DNA of 64,000 bases. It comes from Octopus vulgaris. Lineage: Eukaryota. Each line of letters opens with the position of its first letter. Within the stretch, counting starts at the first letter, position 1. The position numbers and the translations under genes are program-made. The stretch is taken from the NCBI GenBank assembly GCA_951406725.2, contig OX597824.1:5146001-5210000 (forward strand), given 5' to 3'. Shown in pieces: positions 1 to 12,540 of the stretch. The notes below the pieces were generated by a model. That model searched no databases. It saw only the letters and a list, made by a program, of their open reading frames with translations, and was not told the origin of the DNA.

Positions 1-63
<63 letters not shown>

Positions 64-180
64 TAATGATAATAATGATAATAATGATAATAATAATATC
101 AATGATAATAATAATAATACTGATAATGATAATAATAATAATAATAATAGTAATAATAATAATAATAATAATGATAATAA

Positions 181-251
<71 letters not shown>

Positions 252-392
252 GTAATAATAATAATAATAATAATGATAATAATAATAATAATAAAAATAA
301 TAATAATAATAAGGATAATGATAATAATAATAATAATAATGATGATAATAATAATGATAATAATAATAATAATAATAGTAATAATAATAATG

Positions 393-450
<58 letters not shown>

Positions 451-505
451 TAATAATGATGATGACGATGATAATAATAATAATAATAATAATAATAGTG
501 ATAAC
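1..505. repeat. degenerate (TAA/TGA)n microsatellite
   Basis: Direct sequence. The poly-Ile/Met ORF is an artefact. Confidence 0.97.
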
Positions 506-1110
506 TTAAAAGAAAATTTAAAATTGATTAAATGTTCTCTTTAAAAGTTATCTTTTAAAAAGCGGTTTTCTTTCATTAAGTTGCCCCAAATAGTGACATT
601 TTTATTTTGCATTCTTTATTTCATTTGCAAGACAACCAGAAACAAAAACCTCCCCGGCGTAAAACAACAAAACAAGGAGAGCAGAGTGATAAAAACCTAT
701 CAGTTGACTCTATCAAGGCCAGACAATAACAGTTGGCTGTTAAGAGTCTTTTTTACGCTTCTGTCGGTTGTATGTTTAGTGCCGTTGTACGCTTTAGGCC
801 AATAATGAATATGGCAAATGGTAAAATCGATAGCAAAACAAGGAAAAAAAAGGAAAAAGGAAAAAGAAAAATGAAAAAGAATCAAGACAAGCAACAAAAA
901 ATAAAGTTGAATTTAACGTCATTCGTTTCGACAAGAAGCTGGAGAGTTATCAGGTTGTCGTAAATGTTTTTAAGAGCGACCTCTAGATCGCCTAAGCTGA
1001 CTTGAGATATGGACAGTCATAAATTACATTCGAATTACATGTCATAACACAACCCTTATTCGCCATATTTTATTTTATTTCAGTTTTATTTCTATTTCTC
1101 TGCATTCTAT

Positions 1111-1111
<1 letters not shown>

Positions 1112-1171
<60 letters not shown>

Positions 1172-1339
1172 TAATCTGCATTAATGTAATAATGTCTTAA
1201 TAATAATATAATAATAATAATAATAATAATAATGATAATAATAATAATAATAATAATGATAATAATAATAATAATGATAATAATGATAATAATAATAATA
1301 ATAATAATTATAATGATAATAATAATAATGATAATAATG

Positions 1340-1370
<31 letters not shown>

Positions 1371-1450
1371 TAATAATGATAATAATAATAATAATGATAA
1401 TAATAATAATAATAATAATAATGATAATAATGATAATAATAATAATAATG

Positions 1451-1481
<31 letters not shown>

Positions 1482-1500
1482 TAATAAGTGATAATAATAT
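1112..1500. repeat. (TAA/TGA)n microsatellite
   Basis: Direct sequence. Confidence 0.95.
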
Positions 1501-1619
1501 TTTCAGCTACTGATAATTATTATTGCGTTTTCGAAGAGTTCGTATTTGTCAACATGTGTTTCTTTAAAAAATTAATGAAACGAAAAACGAAAAATCATGC
1601 ATCCAACCATCGCTATCGC

Positions 1620-1985
1620 CCTCCTCCTCCTGCTCCTGCTCCAGCTTCTCCCTCTCCCCCTCCCCCTCCTCCTCCTCACCGTCTTCTTCTTCTTCTTCTT
1701 CTTCTTCTTCTTCTTCTTCTTCTTCTTCGCTTCTCCTCCTCTTTCTCCTTCTCCTCCTCCTCCTCCTCCTTCTGCTTCTCCTCCTCCTCCTCCTCCTTCT
1801 TCTGCTTCTCCTCCTCCTCCTTCTTTTGCTTCTCCTCCTCCTTCTGCTTCTTCTCCACTTCCTACTCCTCCTCCTTCTCCTCCTTCTGCTTCTCCTCCTC
1901 CTCCTCCTCCTCCTCCTCCTCCTTCTTCTTCTTCTTCTTCTTCTTCTTCTTCTTCTTCTTCTTCTTCGTCATCGTCGTCGTTGTC
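1620..1985. repeat. (CCT)n/(CTT)n polypyrimidine trinucleotide tract
   Basis: Direct sequence. It explains the poly-P/S/L/F/E/G ORFs. Confidence 0.95.
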
Positions 1986-2059
1986 TCCATCGTCGCCACT
2001 TCGAACAAAGTCGAACAAAGTGCCGCTGGAAATTGCTTTCGGCTAATTTCTGAATGAGC

Positions 2060-3202
2060 CTTCCCATTTCACTGTCAACAGCCGCTGAATGGAGGGCTGG
2101 GCATGCCGTGGTTACTGATGCGCAGACATGCGCTGGGCTTGCGGCATCTCCAGCGTTTCCTTGACGGTGAGCAGGTGTGGTCACCGTTTGCCAGGCACAC
2201 TTTTCCACAGCTTGTTTCTTTGACTGAGCTGCAAACCTGGATTAGGTGTAGACCGAGGAGGGGCTTTTGGCACCCCGAGCGCTGTCAAGCGCTCACAGCC
2301 CTCCGCCAGGCGGGCAATGCTGTCGGTATTAGTTCAAATCTAGCGTTCTATAGAAGGCTAATGGAAGGAAAGTGCGACGATGTTCTCGGGGAAACTCTGG
2401 GCGTCGATGAAGATCAACTAACCGGTCTGTTTCGGAGAACTTTCCGGCCTGGGCCTATGGATAACTTCCAGAAATCCCTTGCAGGGCAGTGCTATCGAGG
2501 GGCCCTCCTATTCAGGATAAATTTTACAGGCACAGAAGTGCCGTCAACCGGGCCTGCCCGAGGTGCGCCCAGAACGATAAAATCGTTCTGCACGCCCTAG
2601 TCCAGTGCCCGAGTATTATTAACCTGTGGGTTTATATCGAACATCTGCTGTCGTATGTAGGACAGATTCAGGTATCAGCTGTATCCATTGTGAAGATTGC
2701 CCCGCCACCCTCTTTTGGCCAGGAGGGACAGGCAATTTTTATTTGTCTAGTGGCTGTAGCGAAAGAGGTAGTATGGTGGACCCGTTTGAAAGGGCTAAAG
2801 ACAGACTCTTTCCTCTTTGGCTAAGCCCTCATCAACTTTTTCAAGTTTCACTTGAAAAGGAAGTTGAGGGTGGAGAGGCAAGGGTTGCCTTGTAGCAAGT
2901 TCGTTGAAAGGTGGGTGAATGTTGGAAAGGACTAATTCTGAGCGTGCACCTGTAAAAAGAAAGGGAATTAAAGAGAAGGGCTCTTGCTCTGTTGATCAGG
3001 TACCCGTGGCTTTTGTGGATTTTCCCATGAGGACCTTAAGGTGCCTCCCCTATTGGGAGTTTTAATTTGTTCAATTTTAATTGTTATTTATAGTGTTTAC
3101 ATGCGGAAAACCCATTGTATAGTCCCGGTTTTGTCTTTTATGCTGTTGCATGTCCTTTAAAGTTATTGTATGTGAGCCCTTGTGGCCAACAAAAGAATAA
3201 AT
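2060..3202 (+). mobile_element. 5'-truncated Tx1/L1-group LINE (RT thumb, zf-RVT-type Cys domain, 3' UTR), frameshifted
   Basis: PLNGGLGMPW thumb motif and CPRC...HALVQC...LW (CCHC), then a 3' UTR with AATAAA running into a (TTA)n tract. Confidence 0.8.
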
Positions 3203-3205
3203 TAC

Positions 3206-3302
<97 letters not shown>

Positions 3303-4119
3303 CTTGTTCTTGTTGCTGTTGTTGTTATTGGTGTTATTATTAGCGTCATCACTGTTTCATTATTAATGCATGGCTATCAGACTATTCCGTCACACTTGTG
3401 TGATGTGTTCGCTGATCTTAGTCGCAGCGTTGATAGAAATCTCTCTCCCAATCGTGCCTGTCTGCTGATATCAAGTTTTACTCTGCCAAAGCTGTCATTT
3501 AAATAGTGCAAACAGCTAATGTCAGAAATAAGCCAGCGACATCACTTCACGTTATGTTGAAACAAAATGATCGTGTATGTCATCAGAAGTCAATCCAATA
3601 ACAGCGAGAAATAAAAAAAAAAAAAATAAAGTATTGTAAGGTAACTTCTGTCTGAAGCTGTAGATTATTTTTTTTTACCTTTGGTATACTGTCATAAACA
3701 AAATATTTGCTTTTTGCTAAACAGAAGTTTACTTGTCTTGAAAAACAGTGTTGGGGATTAACAAAGATGGCTGCTTAGTTAAAATCATGAATTGTCTGAC
3801 TTCCGATCGAATCTTCAACATCAAGTAGTATCCAACGACCTCTGTTTAACCATGGTGACGAAACTTAATCCGCCATGACTAAATCAACTTTCTTGTACTC
3901 AGGTAACTCACGTACTCTTCCAGCAGAAAGAGAACACACACACAAAAAAAAAAAATTGACTCAAATATTTTCAGCATTTTCTACATCGTAAGACTGAAAT
4001 AATTTTAGATTAGATGTTGATTAGATTGCCTGGTACAGTCAACAAATAACATTTTTACGAATATATTGGCATCCATATTCTTTCTTCGTCACTATTTAAT
4101 TCTCTTGCCATTATTTAGA

Positions 4120-4330
4120 GGTCCCAACTGCGGTTCTTCCGACACGTGGTTAGAATGTCACAGGGAAGAATCGACGGATAGATTCTGCAAGCCGAGTCAA
4201 CCCACAGGAGACCGAAGAATAGCGAACGCGAAATGGTTTGAATGATGTTTTCGCAGTTGGTGGCGCTTGGGGAATTCAACCGGAAAATTTAATGAGAATT
4301 GGAACCATATGGAGGAGGAGTGTGGAAACT
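4120..4330 (+). mobile_element. decayed RTE-clade LINE 3' fragment
   Basis: QLRFFRHVVRM...ILQAE...RRP resembles the RTE C-terminal LRWFGHVxRM...RPRGRP region. Confidence 0.55.
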
Positions 4331-4599
4331 CTACACTCATGATTCTTTCAGGAATCGAGGATGGAGAAGATGGATGGAAATAATGATTTATTTTTCAGCT
4401 AGAGAATTACAAGATGTTCTGACTTTCAAGCGTTTCTCAAAATATTCAGCATTTGTGGTGCTGTCAGTGAAGTAAAACGAAAAAAGACAAAAAAAGGTTA
4501 AAAATTTCAGATAGAAATCGAAACAGAACTCGTACCATTACTGTTGCAGTCAAATTTATAATGCGTAACAACTTTCGGATTTGTAGCAGAGTTCTTTCT

Positions 4600-4836
4600 C
4601 AAGTCATATAGACTCACAAGGGCCACTTTCCCGGTTTCATGGTATATATATTCTCCTCCTGGACGGGACGCTAGTCCATCGCAAGGTGCTCATTTCTGCC
4701 AGCTGGGTGGACTGGAGCAACGTGAAATGAAGTGTTTTTTGCTCAAGAATACAACACGTCGCCCAATTCAGGAATCGAAACCACAATCTTACGATCATGA
4801 GTCCGACACCCTAACCACTAAGCCACGCGCCTCCAC
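4600..4836 (-). mobile_element. tRNA-derived SINE (family D here)
   Basis: Minus strand A box TGGCTTAGTGG and B box GTTTCGATTCC. The head and body match the copy at 21510-21832. Confidence 0.8.
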
Positions 4837-4849
4837 TCTCTCTAATTTG

Positions 4850-4980
4850 ACTGGTATTTCTTTTAACGAAAGGATGAAAGGCAAAGTTGACTCCGGCGGC
4901 ATTTGAAACCAGAACGCAAAGAGTTGGAAGAAATGCCGCTGAGGGTTTGTGCGACGCGCCTGCCATTCTGCCAGACTGTC
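4850..4980 (-). mobile_element. degenerate SINE family B fragment
   Basis: GAAAGGATGAAAGGCAAAGTTGAC..GGCGGCATTTGAA matches the copies at 18881 and 62072. Confidence 0.7.
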
Positions 4981-5246
4981 GTCTTTGTGTAACGAATTCA
5001 CTTGACAAAATCAAACGCTTCTTGTTTCGCTCATCATTCAATCGCTTCGTCTATCGCTCATTCCTTTATTCCTTTAATCTCGTCCACTTATTCTTGTAAT
5101 TAGATGCCTATACGTTTGGTTTGACGAGCGTTTCAAAATCAATTCAGAAAGATTCATCTACCGACTCACACACACGCACACACACACGCACACACGCACA
5201 CACACACGCACGCACACACACACACATATATACAAACGCACACACA

Positions 5247-5600
5247 CACGCGTATATAATACCTATATATAATACCTATACACATACACATATATACGTA
5301 TTACATACACACAGACACGTATATAATACCTATACACATACATACATATTACGCACACATTCAGACACGTATATAATACTTATACACATACATATGTATT
5401 ACACACATACACACGTATATAATACCTATACACATACATACATATTACACACACATTCAGACACGTATATAATACCTATACACATACATACATATTACGC
5501 ACACACAGACACGTATATAATACCTATACACATACATACATATTACACACACATACAGACACGTATATAATACCTTTACACATACATACGTATTACACAC
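5247..5600. repeat. minisatellite, about 7 copies of a 46-50 bp unit
   Basis: Unit ACACGTATATAATACCTATACACATACATACATATTACACACACATTCAG repeated in tandem. Confidence 0.9.
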
Positions 5601-5652
5601 ACACACACACATACATACACACCCACACACCCACACACACACACACCCATAC

Positions 5653-5873
5653 CCACTGTCAGGTATCATGCGCAGTTTATTAAATATTGGTCTTTGAGTC
5701 TGAACTCCTCTGCTCCGTTCCAAGGAACGACGACCCGGCGTCTGGACGGTGCTGACCTTGTCGGGAGACAACTCGAAGGAAACGCTTTTTTTATTTTGGC
5801 CATAATTCCTTTTAATAAACCGGTTGTCGTTGTTGCTGCTGTTGTTGTTGTTGTTGTTGACGATGATGTTCAT
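5653..5873 (-). CDS. candidate first coding exon of an unknown protein
   Basis: ATG with A at -3. The frame MNIIVNNNNNNSSNNDNRFIKRNYGQNKKSVSFELSPDKVSTVQTPGRRSLERSRGVQTQRPIFNKLRMIPDSG is open and ends at a GG|GTATGG donor. No homology recognised. Confidence 0.3.
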
Positions 5874-5919
5874 GATTAAGATGATAAGGACGACGACAGA
5901 GCCAATGGAGATGGCGATG

Positions 5920-6142
5920 TTGATAATAATAATAATAATGAAAATGACAATGTGATGATAGCTTATGAGACAGACAGACAGAAGCGGGAAGGTTAAAATG
6001 AGAAAGCGAACAAAGTGATGACGACGACGACGACGGTGATGATGATGACGACGATGATGATGATGACGACGACGACGACGACGATGATGAAGATGATGAG
6101 GATGATGATGATGGTGATGATGATGATGACGACGACGACGAC

Positions 6143-6180
<38 letters not shown>

Positions 6181-6481
6181 CGATGATGACGACGACGACG
6201 ACGATGATGATGATGATGATGGCAAAATGTTATTGCTGCTGTTCATGGTGTTGCTGACAATGATAAAGATGATGAAGATGCTGCTACAAACGATGGTAGC
6301 GATTATACTGACGATGGTAAACTGATAGTGACCGTTGATGAAAATGATGACGACGGCGATGATGATGACGACGATGGTAGTGGTGATGATGGTGGGAGAA
6401 GTGGTGGCGATGATGATGAGAACGATCGTGATGATGATGATGATGATGATGATAGTGATGGTGGCACAATGATGGTGAAAC

Positions 6482-6521
<40 letters not shown>

Positions 6522-6900
6522 GTGGTGATGTTAATGGTGATGACGGTGGTAATTATATTGATGATAAAAAGATATCGATAATAATGATGATGACGAAGAT
6601 AAGGAAAGGTACCGGCGACAACGACGATGGTGGCGACGGAGATGGTGACGGTGGCGGTGGTGGTGGTGGGGATGATAATGATGACGATGACGATAATAAT
6701 GATGATGATGAGGATAACGATGATAATGGCGATAGGGATGATGATGATGATGATGATATGACGACAATGACGATGATAATGATGATGATGACGACGACGA
6801 TGATGATGATGATGACGACGACTACGACGACGATGACGACGATGATGGTGATGATAATGATGATGATGATAATGATGATGATGATAGTGATGGAGATGAT
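5920..6900. repeat. degenerate (GAT/GAC/GCT/GGT)n trinucleotide region
   Basis: Direct sequence. No continuous ORF spans it. Confidence 0.9.
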
Positions 6901-7139
6901 GAATGAGAACTGCAGCAGCAACAGCAGCCGTTCAAGAATTTGGACCTGGAGATCTCCATTTCCAGCGATTTCGAGGTCCACTTCCCAGTGGTGTCGGGCG
7001 TCAACGAAGGCGACCAACGTTTTTTTCCCCAATGTCTGGGGTCTCCCGCCCCTAAGACCTAGACCATCACCTAATCACCCTTACTCGTCTTGTTACTTAA
7101 CAACAACAACAGCAGCAGCAGTAGCAACAACAACAAGAG

Positions 7140-7183
<44 letters not shown>

Positions 7184-7309
7184 GCTCAATCAGAAAAGAT
7201 GCGTAAAACCTGGAGCATCAGGAAGATTGCAACGAGCGGGAATCTAAGGGTAACATGATAAATGGTAAGGGTTATTGCGCTGAACGGGTAAAAAAAAATA
7301 ATTAAGAAA

Positions 7310-7640
7310 AAAGATATGAAGCAAAATTCTAAGCTTTCGGAATGATTTGCTGTCGCAGAATTATTGGCATTAGATGGACGGACTACTGGACCATCTGCTC
7401 AGTTTTAGAACAACTTATTACATCGGTTGGAATGAGAGAAAAGACTCTTGGAGAAACAGCAAGACAAAGAAGAATGCGGAATTTCGGTCACACGAGAGCA
7501 GGACGAGTGGGTTACTTGAAAATACAAGAATGTTTGGAATAATAGAAGGGAAAAGGAGAGGAGGATGAGCAAGGAGAGTCTGGCTGAATGATATCATGGC
7601 GGAAAAGAACAGCCGAAGATTTAAAGAAGAGGGGAAAAGA
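7310..7640 (+). mobile_element. decayed RTE (BovB-like) LINE 3' fragment
   Basis: AFGMICCRRIIGIRWTD...RRMRNFGH...IEGKRRGG*ARRVWLNDI fits the RTE C-terminal pattern. Confidence 0.75.
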
Positions 7641-7702
7641 TTGGTAAAAATATTCTGGTGAACGTATTTATTTTATTGTATTTATAGAAATAAAATATTC
7701 AC

Positions 7703-7714
7703 AGTGACGTCACT
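7703..7714. promoter_or_regulatory. perfect CRE palindrome AGTGACGTCACT
   Basis: Exact TGACGTCA core inside a 12-bp palindrome. Function unproven. Confidence 0.25.
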
Positions 7715-7765
7715 TCTCGCTCCGTTAAACATCGTCAAATGGCTTGCAATTTCGAAAATGTATGC

Positions 7766-7973
7766 TCTTATACTCTTTTACTCTTTTACTTGTTTCAGTC
7801 GTTTGACTGTGGCCATGCCGGAGCACCGCATTTAGTCGAGCAAATCGACCCCAGGACTTATTCTTTGTAAGCCTAGTACTTATTTTATCGGTCTCTTTTT
7901 GCTGAACCACTAAGTTACGGCGGACATAAACACACCAGCATCGGTTGTCAAGCGATGTTGGGGAACAAACTCA

Positions 7974-8070
<97 letters not shown>

Positions 8071-8254
8071 ATATATATATATACATATACACGACAGGGC
8101 TTCTTTCAGTTTCCGGCTACCAAATCCACTGACAAGGCTTTGGTCGACCCGAGGCTATAGCAGAAGACTCTTCCCAATGTGCCACGCAGTGGGACTGAAC
8201 CCGGAACCATGTGGTTGGTAAACAAGCTACTTACCACGCAGCCACTCCTACGCC
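7766..8254 (-). mobile_element. full-length SINE family A (tRNA head, CORE-like domain, internal microsatellite; possibly OR2-related)
   Basis: A box TGGCTGCGTGG, B box GGTTCAGTCCC and tail GCATGGCCACAGTCAAACGACTGAAACAAGTAAAAGAG. More than 10 copies in the window. Confidence 0.92.
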
Positions 8255-8808
8255 TATGCAGCTTTTTTTCTGATCTCTTCCCTCTGTGTGTCAGTACTTC
8301 AATCTACTTGTCGTCTGTTCGTATCTGATTTCGTTGAGAACCGATTGACCTACAAATGACGACTGAATCAATAAGTGACGGCCATTGATGACCGACTTTT
8401 GGTCCCAAGAGAAACTTGTGAAAAAAATTAATAAGGTTGCACCCCAGCATGGCCGCAGTCTAATAACTGAAACGAATAAAGGATTATAAGGTGAAACAAA
8501 TAATTGGATCCATCTTACCAAATTCTTCGTCAATCTGAGCAACTTTAATCAAACTCATCAACTATTTAAGCAGGAAAGCATTGCAGACGGAGAAAGGCAA
8601 CTCAAACGGTAAACACAAAGATTTATTTAATATTCTGTTTGATATTTAAAGTCCAAAACGAACACGCACTTACTTTTCTTTTCATTGCCATCGTTAACTA
8701 AAATTTCCGTTTTATTGAAGATGGTTTTTGTGCACCCCACCACCGTTCGATTCACAGAAATCCGCATACATACATACATACATACATAAACACACCTCCT
8801 GCGCACGC

Positions 8809-8839
<31 letters not shown>

Positions 8840-8989
8840 TACACACACATGTACAGGCACATCAAAACATTGCCATCTTTTATTCATTTCTTAAATATCT
8901 TTTGAACTTTTGAAATAATAGCTCAAATGATTGAAATGTGTTTTGAAAAAACAAAACAAAAAAGAAATACAAAAGCAAAAAATGTTTTT

Positions 8990-9587
8990 CAAAAGAAAAA
9001 TAAGTAAAATCTTTGAAGGCAAACAATTAACCGCGAACGATGGAAAACCAACGCTGAAATAAAGTTTCATCAAACTAATTTATAATAAAGAAGAAATGGA
9101 ACTACTTAGCGAAATAACAAATTATTTTGCGAGTCATGTTTGTTGTTTGGTTTCGAGAAACAAACTGTTTGGAAAGATAAAGGTTAGAATGATTTAAATA
9201 TTTTACATATGACTACGATAAGACACGACCGTTCTCACAGACATAGAATCCGCACTGGATCTTCAAATATGTGGAAATGTTCGCACAGAGTTACAACGAG
9301 ATGCAAATAAAAGACAATAACATTGAAATTAAATGCAACAGAATTATTCTTTGAAGATTGGATGATGCATTTAGTGTTTTAGGTCGCTGGGTCAATTTTA
9401 ATCCAAAGTATCCCCAAGTCGTGGGAATTGGAGTGGCTGTATGGTAATAGCTTGCTTACCAACCACATATGGTTCCGGGTTCAGTCCCACTGTGTGGCAC
9501 CTTGGGCAAGTGTCTTCTACTATAGCCTCGGGTCAACCAAATCCTTGTGAGTGGATTTGGTAGACGGAAACTGAAAGAAGCCCGTCG

Positions 9588-9646
<59 letters not shown>

Positions 9647-11350
9647 TTGCGTGCTCGTGTTTATTCCCCCGCCAACATCGTTTGACAACCGATCCTGGTG
9701 TGTTTACGTCCGCGTAACTTAGCGGTTCGGAAAAAGAGATCGATAGAATAAGTACTAGGCTTAGAAATAATAAGTCCTGGGTTCGATTTGCTCGACTAAA
9801 GGCGGTGCTCCAGCATGGCCGCAGTCAAATACCTGAAACAAGATAAAGAGTAATAAAAAAGAATAACTCTTATAGTTAGTCAGTAAAAATGATGAAAAAC
9901 TGACCCAAGAAAAAATAATAAATGATATGCCCTTATTTTGCTTGGGTCTCTCAAACAGGATTCAAAATCATTTAATTGGTGCTATTCGAAAAGTAATGTT
10001 GAATGAAATAGAAAATTAAGTTAAACAGGCGAAAGTTGTTGCTATTCTGAGAGACGAAACGTCCGAGGCATCGAACTCTTTGCAATTGTCAATTGCTTTG
10101 TGTCATGTTACAAAAGATTGCGTGCCTAAAAAAATCAATTTATCAGTCTTTAACGTTGTTAGAGGTCAGTGCAGACCATTCAGCAAACATTTTATCCCAA
10201 CAGGTTTTTAAATGCATTGAAATGTAGAAGTGTGAACACAAATTGATGGCACAGAGCGGTGCTGTTACAACGGCTGGATAATTAAATAGGTTGCGGTCAA
10301 CTAAATTCAGTTCCTTCACAAATATTCTCTGCTATAAAAGGATGCAAAATGTTTTTTTCTGCAATAAACGGACTGGGTATGTTTTTTACGAACTCATTTA
10401 ATAGTGCCAATGCGTTATATTGCATTGTTTAAAAAAGAATTCTCAAAATAGCAGCAAATAGGTGGAATTGGCATTCACGTCTCATTAATACTACAAAAGA
10501 AAATTGCAATTTCCTGATTACTCTTTCTGAAGACATTATTGAGAAGTCTGAAGCATGAGATGCGACAAACTATAAATTCTACAAAAGAATTCTTCTGTAA
10601 TTTCGTGGCTTTATTTTCCTTTCCTGATGTCATATGTAACATTATTTAAACTAAAAGACTCGATACTCTGTATTATGAAGAGCAGATAAAACTAGAAACG
10701 TGCAAGAAAATAAAGTGGACAGTTTTTTTCTGTTTTATGGAATGCTATAGGGAAAATATGATATTGATTGTAGAGGTCCAAATTAAGAATCCAGGGATAA
10801 ATCTATTGACCCACAACAGCATTATAGAATACTCTATAACAAAATTATAGGCGCAGTAATTAACCAATTAAAATCAAGGTACTCATCATTAGAAGAGCTT
10901 AAATTCATGGAAATTTTCGATTTTAACAAAGCTGAATGTTATTGCACCCAGTAAATGCATTAAATTCTTTAAGTGACTTTCGTTTACTGAATTAACTAAA
11001 TTCTATATATTCACTGGAAAATTTTAAAAAGCGAATTGTATGTAGTTTAATACTTCACATTTATATCAATGATCTTATTGATGCCATGCAAGAACTCTCT
11101 TCAATCTTTGTAACTTGATTTTCGCAATTCATCCTGCAACAGCCTCTGTGGGGTGGTTTTTCTTTGGCATTGAAGCAACATCTACAAAAGAAAAGACTTT
11201 CCAGAAAGAAAAGACTTTCAACATCTTTTGTTGGTCTTAGATGTCTTTTGAAAATCGGTCAACATCACAAGAGTTTAAATAAAAATTACTGTCGCTGGCA
11301 GCAATTTTTTTTTGGAGGGAAAACAAAGATGTATGATGGCGAAACTGTTT
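8990..11350 (+). mobile_element. decayed hAT transposase (ZMYM1/TTF-zinc-finger type), interrupted by a SINE
   Basis: KLFCESCLLF...VW...RH (TTF finger), IQNHLI...AILRDETSEAS..QLSIAL (DUF4371 catalytic D region) and PATASV...ALK (dimerisation domain), with many stops and frameshifts. Confidence 0.85.
9428..9855 (+). mobile_element. full-length SINE family A
   Basis: Near-identical to the other family A copies. Inserted in the hAT relic. Confidence 0.92.
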
Positions 11351-11963
11351 ACTTTTGAAATGTTGGATTTGAGTAAATTTCGTTCCAGTAATTCTTTAAC
11401 TGATTTATTTCCAGTAAATTCTTTTACTGAATATATCTAGTAAAAGAATTTTCACACTTTTTTTGGTGGCTTCTAAATAAATCTTGATTTAAATGTAAAG
11501 TGACGTCGAAGAATATCTACATTCGTCTTAGTTAGCTCACCGATTTTGGTGTAAAGCTGCTATTTTCGGTATCAATGGTATTGTTTTCAGTGTTAGCCAT
11601 GATTGTAGAAGCAAAATTCTGCGTAGTAAGAAGTATCTAACACCATAAACCTGGTTGTATTCATGCATGCATCCATACATAATACTTACATACATGCATA
11701 CACACATGCATTCATATATGCATACATACGTAAATAATACATACATACATACATGCATGCATGCATACAGACAAACATGCACACATACGTAAATACATAC
11801 ATACATGACCCACACCGGCATTATAGAATACTCTATAACAAAATTATAGGCGCAGTAATTAATTAATTAAAATCGAGGTACTAATTATTATAAGAGCTTA
11901 AATTCATGGAAATCTTCAATTTTAACAAAGCTGAAAATTATTGCACCCAGTAAATGCATTAAA

Positions 11964-12540
11964 TACATACATACATACATACATACATACATACATACAT
12001 ACATACATACATACATACATACATACATACATACATACATACATACATACATGCATACATACACATACATACATACATACATACATACACATACACATCC
12101 ATACATACATACACATACATACATATATACATACATACATACATACATACAAACATGCAGATACATACATATATACATACATAATGCACATACATACATA
12201 CATACATACATACATACACTCATATACATACACACATACATGCATACACATACATACATATATACATACATACACACATATAAACATACATACACACAGA
12301 TATACATACATATACACACACATAAACATACATATACATACACACATACATATATACATATACATACTTACATATATACACACATACATATATATATATA
12401 TATACACACATACATACGCGCATATATACATATATACGTACATACATGCATACATACATACAAACATACATACATACATACATACCTACATACATACATG
12501 TACACACATACACGCACACATACACACACATAGATGTATA
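11964..12540. repeat. (TACA)n and degenerate AC/AT microsatellite
   Basis: Direct sequence. Confidence 0.95.

Noticed and set aside
632-805. Possible terminal exon ending in a hydrophobic tail (WLLRVFFTLLSVVCLVPLYALGQ*)
   Set aside because: Weak AAG acceptor, more than one plausible frame and no recognisable homology.
4770-4836. tRNA genes at SINE heads
   Set aside because: A and B boxes are present but there is no complete cloverleaf, and they continue into multi-copy SINE bodies.
5247-5600. CRISPR-like array
   Set aside because: Units are tandem without unique spacers, the context is eukaryotic, and there are no cas genes.
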